NCBI GenBank assembly: GCA_903872185.1 | Contig: CAIQJL010000086.1 | Span: 4,989-68,988 of the forward strand | Origin: an uncultured Bacteroidota bacterium | Lineage (GTDB): Bacteria; Bacteroidota; Bacteroidia; Bacteroidales; GWA2-32-17 | Length of the DNA: 64,000 bases | Direction of reading: 5' to 3' | In this document: positions 48,571 through 57,263 of the stretch, piece after piece | Numbering within the stretch: position 1 is the first letter of the stretch | Layout of the letters: every line of letters begins with the position of its first letter | Notes under the pieces: generated by a model | Told to the model about the DNA's origin: nothing | The model's input: only the letters and a program-made list of their open reading frames with translations | Databases searched by the model: none | Position numbers and translations under genes: made by a program

Positions 48571-48607
48571 AGCCCAAAAACAATTGTTTTTGGGCTTTTG
48601 TTTTTTA
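48571..48607 (+). terminator. Rho-independent terminator ending the nuo transcription unit
   Basis: Perfect 13-bp palindrome agcccaaaaacaa/ttgtttttgggct followed by TTTGTTTTTT. Confidence 0.85.
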
Positions 48608-48833
48608 TCTCCCTTCTATTACAAAAAGCCATTTTTATAATATTCTCATTTCAGGAAACAATCTAATGCTATCAATAGATTATTTTTCCTTAAAATTATC
48701 AGTTTACCATAATTTTTGAATGTAAGCCAAGATTTAAAAGCGAAAAAACATGATTTCTGTCAGTGAAAAGTTTTATTTTTATTACTTTTATCATGTTTTT
48801 AAACACTATTTTTCAATTCAACAAATAGGTATT

Positions 48834-49325
48834 ATGTCAAAAGTTAAAGTGACTCTAAAAGTAAACGGAGATTTATATGAAGCTGCTGTGAATCAATCTA
48901 AAACACTGGTCGAAGTTCTTCGCGAAGATCTTCAACTTGTGGGAACAAAAATTGGTTGTCAAACAGGTGACTGTGGAGCATGTACAATTCTTTTGAACGG
49001 TAAATCTGTCTGCTCTTGTCTAACTCTGGCTATTGAAGCTCAAAACAAAGAAATTACAACCATCGAAGGAATTGCAAAAAGTGGTGAAGAATTGCATATA
49101 ATTCAGGAAGCCTTTGTAAACGAAGGTGCCATTCAATGCGGGTATTGCACACCAGGAATGGTAATGTCTGCTAAACATTTACTTGACAAAAATACAACTC
49201 CCACTGAATTAGAAATTCGGCAGGCACTTTCAGGTAATTTATGCAGATGCACCGGTTATGCCCGTATTGTAAAAGCAGTTCAAGTAGCAAGTGAAAAAAT
49301 AAACCAATCAGTAACAGAAAAATAA
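48834..49325 (+). CDS. Xanthine-dehydrogenase-family molybdoenzyme, [2Fe-2S] small subunit
   Basis: I chose ATG 48834 (MSKVKVTLKVNGD...). Plant-type and second 2Fe-2S motifs GCQTGDCGACTILLNG and QCGYCTPGMVM...LCRCTGY. Confidence 0.85.
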   Translation: MSKVKVTLKVNGDLYEAAVNQSKTLVEVLREDLQLVGTKIGCQTGDCGACTILLNGKSVCSCLTLAIEAQNKEITTIEGIAKSGEELHIIQEAFVNEGAIQCGYCTPGMVMSAKHLLDKNTTPTELEIRQALSGNLCRCTGYARIVKAVQVASEKINQSVTEK

Positions 49326-49326
49326 A

Positions 49327-50202
49327 ATGTCAATACGTAATTTTACATATTTAGAGCCCAAAACACTGAAAGAAGCCTTGAGTATGCATGCCGAGCATGG
49401 AACTAAATCTAATATCTTGGCTGGTGGCACCGATTTACTGATAAAATTGAGACATCATAGCATTCAGCCTGATTTTATTATTGGACTAAACAGTATTCCA
49501 AAAATCGATTATATAAAACTACAAGATGGTGAACTAGCCATTGGCACCATGGCCAAACTTTCAGCTATTGTTGAGAATACTGAAATTATCAACCATTTCC
49601 CAGCTTTGGCTCATGCTGCAAGTGTCACTGCAACTGTACAAATCAGAAATATGGGAACACTAATCGGAAATATCTGCAATGCCAGCCCTTCCGCTGACAA
49701 TGCCACACCTTTATTAGTTTATGATGCAAAAGTTGTAATCCTAAATAATGTAGAAAATAGAGAAATAAATCTCGACAAATTCTTTACCGGTCCAGGAAAA
49801 ACTGTTTTAGAACAAGGAGAAATCGTAAAAGAATTTCTTATTCCAATACCTTCCAAACTAACTGGCTCAAGCTACCAAAAAGTTTCAACTCGAAGCAAGG
49901 TCGATATTGCAGGTGTATGTGTTTCTGCATTAATTTCACTTGACAAAGATGGTAAAATAACAAAGGCCAGAATAGCTCTTGGAGCTGTTGCTCCAACACC
50001 AATAAGAGTTTATAAAGCAGAAGAAATATTAATTGGAAAAATTCCGGGAATAGAAATATTTTCTGAAGCCGCTAAAATAGCAAAGGAAGAATCCTCTCCT
50101 ATTTCTGATATGCGATCTTCTGCCGATTATCGCAAAGCAATGGTAGAAGTTTTAACTCTTCGCGCGCTAAATGAAAGTTTAGAATCTGCTAAAAAAAAGT
50201 AG
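49327..50202 (+). CDS. Xanthine-dehydrogenase-family molybdoenzyme, FAD-binding medium subunit
   Basis: 291 aa. AGGTDLLIKL FAD-binding motif and a CO dehydrogenase flavoprotein-like C-terminal region. Confidence 0.85.
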   Translation: MSIRNFTYLEPKTLKEALSMHAEHGTKSNILAGGTDLLIKLRHHSIQPDFIIGLNSIPKIDYIKLQDGELAIGTMAKLSAIVENTEIINHFPALAHAASVTATVQIRNMGTLIGNICNASPSADNATPLLVYDAKVVILNNVENREINLDKFFTGPGKTVLEQGEIVKEFLIPIPSKLTGSSYQKVSTRSKVDIAGVCVSALISLDKDGKITKARIALGAVAPTPIRVYKAEEILIGKIPGIEIFSEAAKIAKEESSPISDMRSSADYRKAMVEVLTLRALNESLESAKKK

Positions 50203-50208
50203 TACTTT

Positions 50209-52500
50209 ATGGATCCGAAAAAAAATAAAAATAATCTGATCGGGAAAAGTATTCCCCGTATAGATGCTCCTGCAAAAGTAACTGGAAAAGCCTTGTACAC
50301 TGGCGATATTGTTTTACCAGGAATGCTTCATGGAAAAATTTTAAGAAGTACAGTCGCTCATGCAAAAATTTTAAATATTGACATTTCTGCTGCCCTTGCT
50401 CTACCTGGCGTTAAAGATGTTATCACTGCCAAAGACACACCATGTGTAAAATTCGGAAATTGGAGATTATTTCCTCAAACGCAAGATGAGCTACCACTTG
50501 CTTTAGATAAAGTCCGCTTTATAGGTGATGAAATTGCAGCAGTTGCAGCCATCAGTGCCGAGATTGCCGAAGAAGCATTAACTCTGATAAAAGTAGATTA
50601 CGAAATAATACCTGCCGTTTTCAATGTAGATGATTCTCTGGCTAGCAGTGCTCCAATGATTCATGATGGTAATCCAGATAATACTTCAAATATCAGCCTT
50701 GATAGAAAAATTGATGTAGGAGATATTGAAGCCGCTTTTAAAGATGCTTACTACGTACGCGAAGACAGTTTTACTGTACATTCACATTCACATGCATACA
50801 TGGAACCATGTGCCTCACTTGCCGAAGTTGACTCAGAAGGCAGAGTAACATTATACACCTCAACACAAACTCCATATATTGTTCAATGCTTATTGGCTTC
50901 TACTATGGAAATACCTGAAAATTATGTCAGGGTAATAAAACCATCAGTTGGTGGAGGATTTGGTGGAAAGATGGAGTTACGTGCCTGGGATTTTTGTTCT
51001 GCATTTATGGCTAAACGAACAGGTCGTCCTGTGCGTATTGTTCTAACTCGCGAAGACGAATTAGCTGTTGGACGCCGCCGCCACGGAATGAAAATAAAAT
51101 CAAAAGTGGCTTTTAATAAAGATGGGACTATTATTGCTAAAGATTTTGAAGCATACTTAGATGGCGGAGCTTATAATTCAATGGGACCAACCGCTACATT
51201 TTTATGTGGAAATTTTGGTGCAATGATATATAGATATCCAGTATATCGCTATCGAGGATATCATGTATATACAAATCTACCTCCTTCGGGTGCCATGAGA
51301 GGATTTGGAGCACCACAAGCCCTATATGTTTCAGAAACGCAAATGAACATGGCAGCCGTCGATTTAAATATCGACCCAATTGAGTTACGTTTAAAAAATG
51401 CAATGGTCACCGGTGATAAGATTGAGGGTGTTACTACAATTTCTTCTGCAGGTTTGGTGGAGTCTATCACCAAAGTAGCAGAGATGACAAATTTTTTAGA
51501 AAAGAAAAAGAATCTTCCTAAAAACAAGGGAATAGGTATAGGTTGTTACAGTTTTATTTCGGGTGGCGTTTTTAACTGGTTTAATACACAATACAATTTT
51601 TCTTCATGCGAGGTAAGAGTATACGATGACGGGACAGCCCATTTATTAACTATGTCTGCTGATATTGGTCAAGGATCTGACACTGTACTTAGACAAATTT
51701 TAGCTGCTGACCTAGGACTTCCTGTTGAAAAAATAAGATTAACAGCCGGAGACACTGCAATGACTCCAAAATGCGATCTTGGAACTTGGGGTAGCCGCGT
51801 CACTTTAATGAATGGGAATGCGATTTTAGATGCTTCTAAAAAAATTAAAGAACAACTTTCTAAAATGGCATCACTTAAATTTGATTTAAATGTGATTCAT
51901 GAAGTTTCATTCAGCGATGAAAGAGTTTACGCAAAGGCAAACCCTAAACGTGGAATCACATTTGGCGAAGCCGTAAAAATGTGGGTAAAAGCTAATCGTG
52001 GAGAAGAACTCACAGCTCGTGGATATTACACTCCACGCGACAAGGGACTTACCACCCCTGCATATTCTTTTGGTGCACAAGTAGCCGAAGTTGATGTTGA
52101 TCCAGAGACTGGCGTTATTACTGTAGAAAGAATTACAACAGCACACGATTGCGGAACTGTAATTAATCCTTTGGGTGTTGAAGGACAACTAGAAGGTGCA
52201 ATACAGATGGGCATTGGTTACACACTTTGCGAACAATTTGCAATGCGTGACGGAAAAACATTAAACACAACATTCCTCGATTATAAAATTCCAGCAGCCG
52301 AAGACATGCCAGAAATTGTATCTGCGGCAATAGACACATACGAACCAGAAGGACCATTTGGGGCTAAAGAAGCTGGTGAAGGCCTTGTAATTCCTACTGC
52401 ACCTGCTATTTCAGATGCAGTTTTTCAAGCTACGGGTTATCGTTGCAAAGAACTACCTATTACTCCGGAAAAAATACTTAGAGCTACTGGAAAAATATAA
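50209..52500 (+). CDS. Xanthine-dehydrogenase-family molybdoenzyme, molybdopterin-binding large subunit
   Basis: 763 aa. GGGFGGK, GAMRGFGAPQ and C-terminal FGAKEAGEG (catalytic Glu region) motifs. Substrate unknown. Confidence 0.85.
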   Translation: MDPKKNKNNLIGKSIPRIDAPAKVTGKALYTGDIVLPGMLHGKILRSTVAHAKILNIDISAALALPGVKDVITAKDTPCVKFGNWRLFPQTQDELPLALDKVRFIGDEIAAVAAISAEIAEEALTLIKVDYEIIPAVFNVDDSLASSAPMIHDGNPDNTSNISLDRKIDVGDIEAAFKDAYYVREDSFTVHSHSHAYMEPCASLAEVDSEGRVTLYTSTQTPYIVQCLLASTMEIPENYVRVIKPSVGGGFGGKMELRAWDFCSAFMAKRTGRPVRIVLTREDELAVGRRRHGMKIKSKVAFNKDGTIIAKDFEAYLDGGAYNSMGPTATFLCGNFGAMIYRYPVYRYRGYHVYTNLPPSGAMRGFGAPQALYVSETQMNMAAVDLNIDPIELRLKNAMVTGDKIEGVTTISSAGLVESITKVAEMTNFLEKKKNLPKNKGIGIGCYSFISGGVFNWFNTQYNFSSCEVRVYDDGTAHLLTMSADIGQGSDTVLRQILAADLGLPVEKIRLTAGDTAMTPKCDLGTWGSRVTLMNGNAILDASKKIKEQLSKMASLKFDLNVIHEVSFSDERVYAKANPKRGITFGEAVKMWVKANRGEELTARGYYTPRDKGLTTPAYSFGAQVAEVDVDPETGVITVERITTAHDCGTVINPLGVEGQLEGAIQMGIGYTLCEQFAMRDGKTLNTTFLDYKIPAAEDMPEIVSAAIDTYEPEGPFGAKEAGEGLVIPTAPAISDAVFQATGYRCKELPITPEKILRATGKI

Positions 52501-52547
52501 CTTCTTTTTTTTACTTTTCTTTAACAAAATTCCAATTAAATAATTTC

Positions 52548-52585
52548 AACCCCAAAAAGCAATAAATTTTTGGGGTTTTGTTTTT
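52548..52585 (+). terminator. Rho-independent terminator after the molybdoenzyme operon
   Basis: Stem aaccccaaaaa/tttttggggtt followed by TTGTTTTT. Confidence 0.8.
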
Positions 52586-52613
52586 ACTACATATATTTAC
52601 AATAAAAATAATC

Positions 52614-53690
52614 TTGTATTCAAAAGTTTTACTATACTATTTTTCCGGAACAGGTAATGCAAAACGTGTTACAGAATGGATAAGCGAAAATGTGAAAACA
52701 TCTGGAATTCCAATTGAAATAACCAATATTGAAAATTGTAAAAAAGTTGAAATCGAAAAAACAGAAGGCAAAAAATTAATTGGAATCATCTCTCCTACTC
52801 ACGGTTTTAATATACCACCATTAGTTTTATATTTTATTTTCAAATTTCCCAGAGTAAAGAATGCTGATTTTTTTATGGTTAATACAAGAGCCGGAATGAA
52901 ATTATCAAAACTATTTCTTCCAGGTTTAAGTGGCCTAGCACAAATATTACCTGCAATAGTTTTCTTTTTTAAAGGATTTTCTGTAAAAGGACTTCAACCT
53001 ATTGATTTACCTTCAAACTGGATTAGTATACATCCAGGATTAAAACAAAAAGTTGTTACATCAATGTTCGAAAGAATAAAAATGAAAATTGATAAATTTT
53101 CGGGTAAAATGTTACAAGGAAAAAGATCTTATGTTGCATTATATAGTTTACCATTTGATTTAGCATTAATTCCTATAAGTATAGGCTATTTCTTTATGGG
53201 ACGATTTATGCTCTCAAAAACTTTTATTGCAACATCAAAATGCACAACATGCGGTTTATGTGTAAAACAATGTCCAGTACAAGCATTGGAGATGAAAAGT
53301 AACAGACCATATTGGAGCTTTGATTGTGAAAGCTGCATGCGTTGCATGAATAACTGCCCTTCACGAGCAATAGAAACACCACATTTATTTATAACACTTA
53401 TTTGGATAGTTTTATTAAATCTTCCATGGATAATTTTAACTTGGGTTTTTGAGAAATTTGGCCGTTGTAATTGCTCTATTTTATGGTACGAAGAACTTAT
53501 TTATAATGCACTTCAGGTTACATTTACCTTTTTATTCGCTTGGCTAACTTATTATTTGCTTTATAAATTTATGCGATTTAAATTTGTAGACATTATAATC
53601 AGATATTCTTCGTTTACAAATTATAAATTCTGGAGAAGATATAAAGCACCTAAAAATAAATTAAAATCGGACAACCAATTACAACAGTAA
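52614..53690 (+). CDS. EFR1-like flavodoxin-fold / 2x[4Fe-4S] ferredoxin protein with membrane segments
   Basis: The track start TTG 52578 lies inside the terminator T tract, so TTG 52614 (YSKVLLYYFSGTGNAKRV...) is more plausible but remains uncertain. YFSGTGN flavodoxin-like motif, CTTCGLCVKQCP and CESCMRCMNNCP clusters, hydrophobic helices in the middle and at the C terminus. Confidence 0.6.
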   Translation: MYSKVLLYYFSGTGNAKRVTEWISENVKTSGIPIEITNIENCKKVEIEKTEGKKLIGIISPTHGFNIPPLVLYFIFKFPRVKNADFFMVNTRAGMKLSKLFLPGLSGLAQILPAIVFFFKGFSVKGLQPIDLPSNWISIHPGLKQKVVTSMFERIKMKIDKFSGKMLQGKRSYVALYSLPFDLALIPISIGYFFMGRFMLSKTFIATSKCTTCGLCVKQCPVQALEMKSNRPYWSFDCESCMRCMNNCPSRAIETPHLFITLIWIVLLNLPWIILTWVFEKFGRCNCSILWYEELIYNALQVTFTFLFAWLTYYLLYKFMRFKFVDIIIRYSSFTNYKFWRRYKAPKNKLKSDNQLQQ

Positions 53691-53747
53691 TTTGTCTTAT
53701 TATATATAAATACATTCTTACTAAGTTTATAAACTTAAAATAATACT

Positions 53748-54578
53748 ATGAAGCAAATTTACATTTTACTATTAGTGATATGTAGCAATAATTACGCAAG
53801 TTTTTCGCAGAATAACTACTGCAACACAGCTCTACCTTTCACTACAGGATTAACATATACATTTCCAGCAGGTGTTAATGCTGGTCTTGCTGAAACTGGT
53901 CCAAACTATGGTTGTCTATTATCACAACCAAACCCAGCATGGTATTATATGCAAGTTGCTGAATCAGGTCCAATAAATATTCACCTTTCAACAAGCCCAT
54001 CTCAGGATGTTGATTTTGTATGTTGGGGACCATTTACATCGCCCACAGCTCCTTGCACAAGTCTATTAACTGCAAATTGCACATCATGTCCAAACAATAC
54101 TGTTGATCCATCTTTTTATCCTTCAGGAAATTTAGCAGATTGTAGTTATAGTACTTCATGGCAAGAGGATTGTAATATTGCAAATGCTGTAACTGGAGAA
54201 TGGTATATTTTCATGATTACTAATTATTCAAACCAAGCATGCAATATTATTTTCGAACAGACAAATATTTTAGCAACTAGCCATGGTTCAACAAATCCAG
54301 CTATTATGAACCAAACAAATATTAAAAACGTTATTGTCAAATCTGAATTATCTGTTTTCCCAAATCCATTTTCTAAGTCAACAACAATTAAATTTAGTAA
54401 TCCAGATAAAAATTCTTGCACAATAACAATATCAGACATAACAGGTAAAACTGTTAGATCATATAAAAATATAACAACAGACATTATTACAATTGAAAAA
54501 GGTGATTTAAAAAATGGTATTTATTCCATTGAAATTAATGGCAAACAAATTCAAAGAGAAAAATTAGTAGTAGAATAG
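53748..54578 (+). CDS. Secreted Cys-rich protein with T9SS C-terminal sorting domain
   Basis: 276 aa with signal peptide. About 10 Cys in the N-terminal domain. The C-terminal ~80 aa VFPNPFSKSTTIKFS...GIYSIEINGKQIQREKLVVE match the Por/T9SS CTD pattern. Confidence 0.75.
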   Translation: MKQIYILLLVICSNNYASFSQNNYCNTALPFTTGLTYTFPAGVNAGLAETGPNYGCLLSQPNPAWYYMQVAESGPINIHLSTSPSQDVDFVCWGPFTSPTAPCTSLLTANCTSCPNNTVDPSFYPSGNLADCSYSTSWQEDCNIANAVTGEWYIFMITNYSNQACNIIFEQTNILATSHGSTNPAIMNQTNIKNVIVKSELSVFPNPFSKSTTIKFSNPDKNSCTITISDITGKTVRSYKNITTDIITIEKGDLKNGIYSIEINGKQIQREKLVVE

Positions 54579-54600
54579 TTTCATTTTAATAGTTTGCAAG

Positions 54601-54639
54601 CGCTAAGTTAGTTGATTCCTAACTTAGCGTTTGTTTTTT
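54601..54639 (+). terminator. Rho-independent terminator
   Basis: Stem cgctaagttag/ctaacttagcg with a 7-nt loop, followed by TTTGTTTTTT. Confidence 0.8.
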
Positions 54640-54705
54640 AAACTATTATGAATAATATTATTTTCCAGTAATTAAAACTAGATTTGTATACTTTAAACAA
54701 ATTAT

Positions 54706-55593
54706 ATGAAATCTCTATTTTTTATAGCTCTGTTTTTATTAAGTGTTTTGCAAATTAGAAGTCAAAATTATCACAAAATAATTGACACTACAAATAAATG
54801 GAACGTATTAGAAATAATACAATTACTATGTGGTTGTGATCCATTTACCGTAACACATTCCTTTACCATTAGTAATAATACTGTTTTTAATAATCAATCA
54901 TATAAAATTATTATTGATAGTCTGTATCAGAATGTTCCAGGAACAAGTGATTACTATTATTCTGTAAATAACTATGGTTTTTTAAGAGAAGATACATTAA
55001 ATAAAAAAGTGTTTTTTAAAAGAGATAATATTTTAAATGAAGAAATTCTACTTTATGATTTTAATATTGTAGTAGCTGATACTTTTAAGGGTAATAATCA
55101 AAGTTTAGTTGTATTATCTGCTGACAGTATATCTATAAATAATCATTTTAATAAAAGAATTAAACTTAAAAACTCTTACTCTTTTAATTCAGATACTATA
55201 ATTTGGATAGAAGGAATAGGATCACTTAACGGTTTATTTTATTTGAATGATGGACTTTTTGACCAAAACCAATTACTATGTTATTGGAAGAATAACAATT
55301 TACTTTATTCATTAAATAATCCACTTTATCAATGTTTATTTGCATTAATGACTGATTTAAGTGAGACCAAAACTATAAAAGATATATCTATTTTCCCAAA
55401 CCCTACAATGGATATTATAAACTTTAACAATATTGAAAATATAGCTGAAATTGCAATTTATGATATACAGGGAAAAAATATTATGACAAATAAAATAATA
55501 AAAGAGAAATCATTTATTGATTTAAAATCTTTATCTAATGGAATATACATTTTACAAATTGGTGTCAATAGATTTAGGGTCATTAAAAATTAA
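54706..55593 (+). CDS. Secreted protein with T9SS C-terminal sorting domain
   Basis: 295 aa with signal peptide. C-terminal IFPNPTMDIINF...GIYILQIGVNRFRVIKN matches the T9SS CTD pattern. Confidence 0.7.
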   Translation: MKSLFFIALFLLSVLQIRSQNYHKIIDTTNKWNVLEIIQLLCGCDPFTVTHSFTISNNTVFNNQSYKIIIDSLYQNVPGTSDYYYSVNNYGFLREDTLNKKVFFKRDNILNEEILLYDFNIVVADTFKGNNQSLVVLSADSISINNHFNKRIKLKNSYSFNSDTIIWIEGIGSLNGLFYLNDGLFDQNQLLCYWKNNNLLYSLNNPLYQCLFALMTDLSETKTIKDISIFPNPTMDIINFNNIENIAEIAIYDIQGKNIMTNKIIKEKSFIDLKSLSNGIYILQIGVNRFRVIKN

Positions 55594-55596
55594 AAA

Positions 55597-56508
55597 ATGA
55601 TTTCATCCCATCTCGGCGAATTTGCCGCATTACTTACTGCTTTTTTCTGGACAATTACTGCTTTAGCGTTTACCGGAGCTGGTAAAAGAATTGGTTCATT
55701 ATCAGTTAATCTTTGGCGTTTAATTATAGGGATAATATTTTTATGTTGCTTTTCATATATTCGTTTCAATTCATTTTTTCCACAGGATATTGATTTAAAA
55801 GGTTGGTTATGGCTTGCACTTTCTGGTTTTATCGGTGTATTCTTAGGTGATTTGTTTTTATTTAAAGCCTTTACAATTGTTGGACCGCGTATTGCTTTAT
55901 TATTAATGTCTTTGGCGCCTGCTTTAGCAGCTTTTATCAGTTGGTTTGCTTTAGGTGAAAAGTTAGAATTACTAGATTTTACTGGCATGGGAATTACTAC
56001 CGTAGGTATTGCAATTGTAATTTTAACAAAGCCTCAAAATACTAATGGCGAAAAAAATAATTTCAAATTACGGCATAATGTTAAAGGAATAATTTTCGCA
56101 TTTTTAGGGGCAATGGGACAGGCCACTGGATTAGTGATAAGTAAAATCGGATTACAAAGTACTTCTAATCCATTTTTCGCTACTCAAATTCGATTATTTG
56201 CAGGAGTACTTGGATTTATATTATTAATAACATTTCTTAAAAGATGGCATAATGTTATTACATCTTTAAAAGATTTTAAGGCAGTGGGCATTTTAACAAT
56301 AGGTGCTTTTTTTGGACCATTTTTAGGAATTTCATTTTCTTTGCTTGCTATTCAATATGCCAATCCGGGAATTGTACAAACCATAACATCAATCACACCA
56401 GTTTTAATAATTCCATTTTCAATATGGTTTTTTAAAGAAAAAATTACTTTTAGAGAAGTTATTGGTGCTGTAATTGCTGTTTGTGGAATTACTTTGTTTT
56501 TCTTATAA
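55597..56508 (+). CDS. EamA/DMT-family transporter
   Basis: 303 aa, about 10 TM helices in two EamA-like halves. Confidence 0.8.
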   Translation: MISSHLGEFAALLTAFFWTITALAFTGAGKRIGSLSVNLWRLIIGIIFLCCFSYIRFNSFFPQDIDLKGWLWLALSGFIGVFLGDLFLFKAFTIVGPRIALLLMSLAPALAAFISWFALGEKLELLDFTGMGITTVGIAIVILTKPQNTNGEKNNFKLRHNVKGIIFAFLGAMGQATGLVISKIGLQSTSNPFFATQIRLFAGVLGFILLITFLKRWHNVITSLKDFKAVGILTIGAFFGPFLGISFSLLAIQYANPGIVQTITSITPVLIIPFSIWFFKEKITFREVIGAVIAVCGITLFFL

Positions 56509-56521
56509 TGATATATTATCA

Positions 56522-56540
56522 GTGTAGTTACAAACTACGC
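56522..56540 (+). repeat. REP hairpin copy 1 (GTGTAGTTACAAACTACGC)
   Basis: Inverted repeat GTAGTT-aca-AACTAC. Shares the 21-mer gtagttacaaactacgctgag with copy 4. Confidence 0.8.
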
Positions 56541-56566
56541 TGAGCTATTATATACAACATATTCTT

Positions 56567-56587
56567 GGCGTAGTTTGTAACTACGCC
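56567..56587 (-). repeat. REP hairpin copy 2 (inverted orientation, GGCGTAGTTTGTAACTACGCC)
   Basis: Same GTAGTT/AACTAC stem with the loop complemented, and extended GGC/GCC stem. Confidence 0.8.
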
Positions 56588-56632
56588 AAGATATTATATA
56601 TTTAACTCAGATATTTTTTGTTTATTTATATT

Positions 56633-56649
56633 TGTAGTTTGTAACTACA
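56633..56649 (-). repeat. REP hairpin copy 3 (TGTAGTTTGTAACTACA)
   Basis: Same core in inverted orientation, 33 nt upstream of the RAYT N-terminal ATG. Confidence 0.75.
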
Positions 56650-56681
56650 CTTTTAAATTAATTATTTTATAAATTTGATAT

Positions 56682-57213
56682 ATGCCAACTGGTTATCAAA
56701 TAAAAAATCAAAATGCATTATACTTTTCAAGTTGTTGGATGGGCAGATATTTTTACCAGAAAAGTTTATCGGGATATTATTATCGATAGTTTTAAATATT
56801 GCAAAGAACAAAAACAATTAAAATTATACGCATATGTAATAATGAGTAATCATGTTCATTGCATTATAAATACAGAAAATAATTTATCCGATATAATTCG
56901 TGACTTTAAAAAACATACTTCAAAAAAGATTTTGAAAGAAATTGAGAATCCTCAAGAAAGTAGACAAGAATGGTTGATGATGATCTTTAAATATCATGCT
57001 AAATTTAATAAAAGAAATAAAGATTTTCAATTCTGGACACAAGAAAACCATGCAGTTGAATTAAGCAATAATGACATGATTGATAGTCGGGTTAATTATA
57101 TTCACCAAAACCCTGTAAAAGCAGAAATTGTTCAAAACGAATACGACTATTTATATTCAAGTGCAAGAAATTTTGCTGGTTTGGATAATATGATTGAAAT
57201 AGATGAATTATAG
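56682..57213 (+). mobile_element. REP-associated tyrosine transposase (RAYT, IS200/IS605 Y1 HUH family), apparently frameshifted near codon 14
   Basis: The main ORF 56713..57213 has the HUH motif (MSNHVHCII) and a C-terminal YIHQNPVKA...YLYSSARN region. The family-typical N terminus MPTGYQIKNQNALYF is encoded from ATG 56682 in a different frame. Confidence 0.75.
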
Positions 57214-57226
57214 ATTTAATATTATT

Positions 57227-57249
57227 GCGTAGTTACAAACTACGCTGAG
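57227..57249 (+). repeat. REP hairpin copy 4 (GCGTAGTTACAAACTACGCTGAG)
   Basis: Lies 14 nt downstream of the RAYT stop, in the same orientation and with the same 21-mer as copy 1. Confidence 0.8.
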
Positions 57250-57263
57250 ATTAGGCACAAAAA

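Noticed and set aside
51194-52357. Several 60-95-aa minus-strand ORFs inside the molybdoenzyme large-subunit gene
   Set aside because: They are all antisense to a 763-aa ORF with clear family motifs. Similar short antisense ORFs inside the cytochrome, A2M and dxs genes were dismissed for the same reason.
48834-52500. Aerobic carbon monoxide dehydrogenase (CoxSML) identity for the molybdoenzyme
   Set aside because: The subunit composition fits, but I found no AYxCSFR or AYRGAGR-type active-site loop in the large subunit and no cox accessory genes nearby. I kept it as a generic XDH-family enzyme.
55590-55988. 132-aa minus-strand ORF
   Set aside because: It is antisense to the EamA transporter gene. 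The Lys/Asn/Pro-rich translation has no features, whereas the plus-strand product has about 10 clean TM helices.
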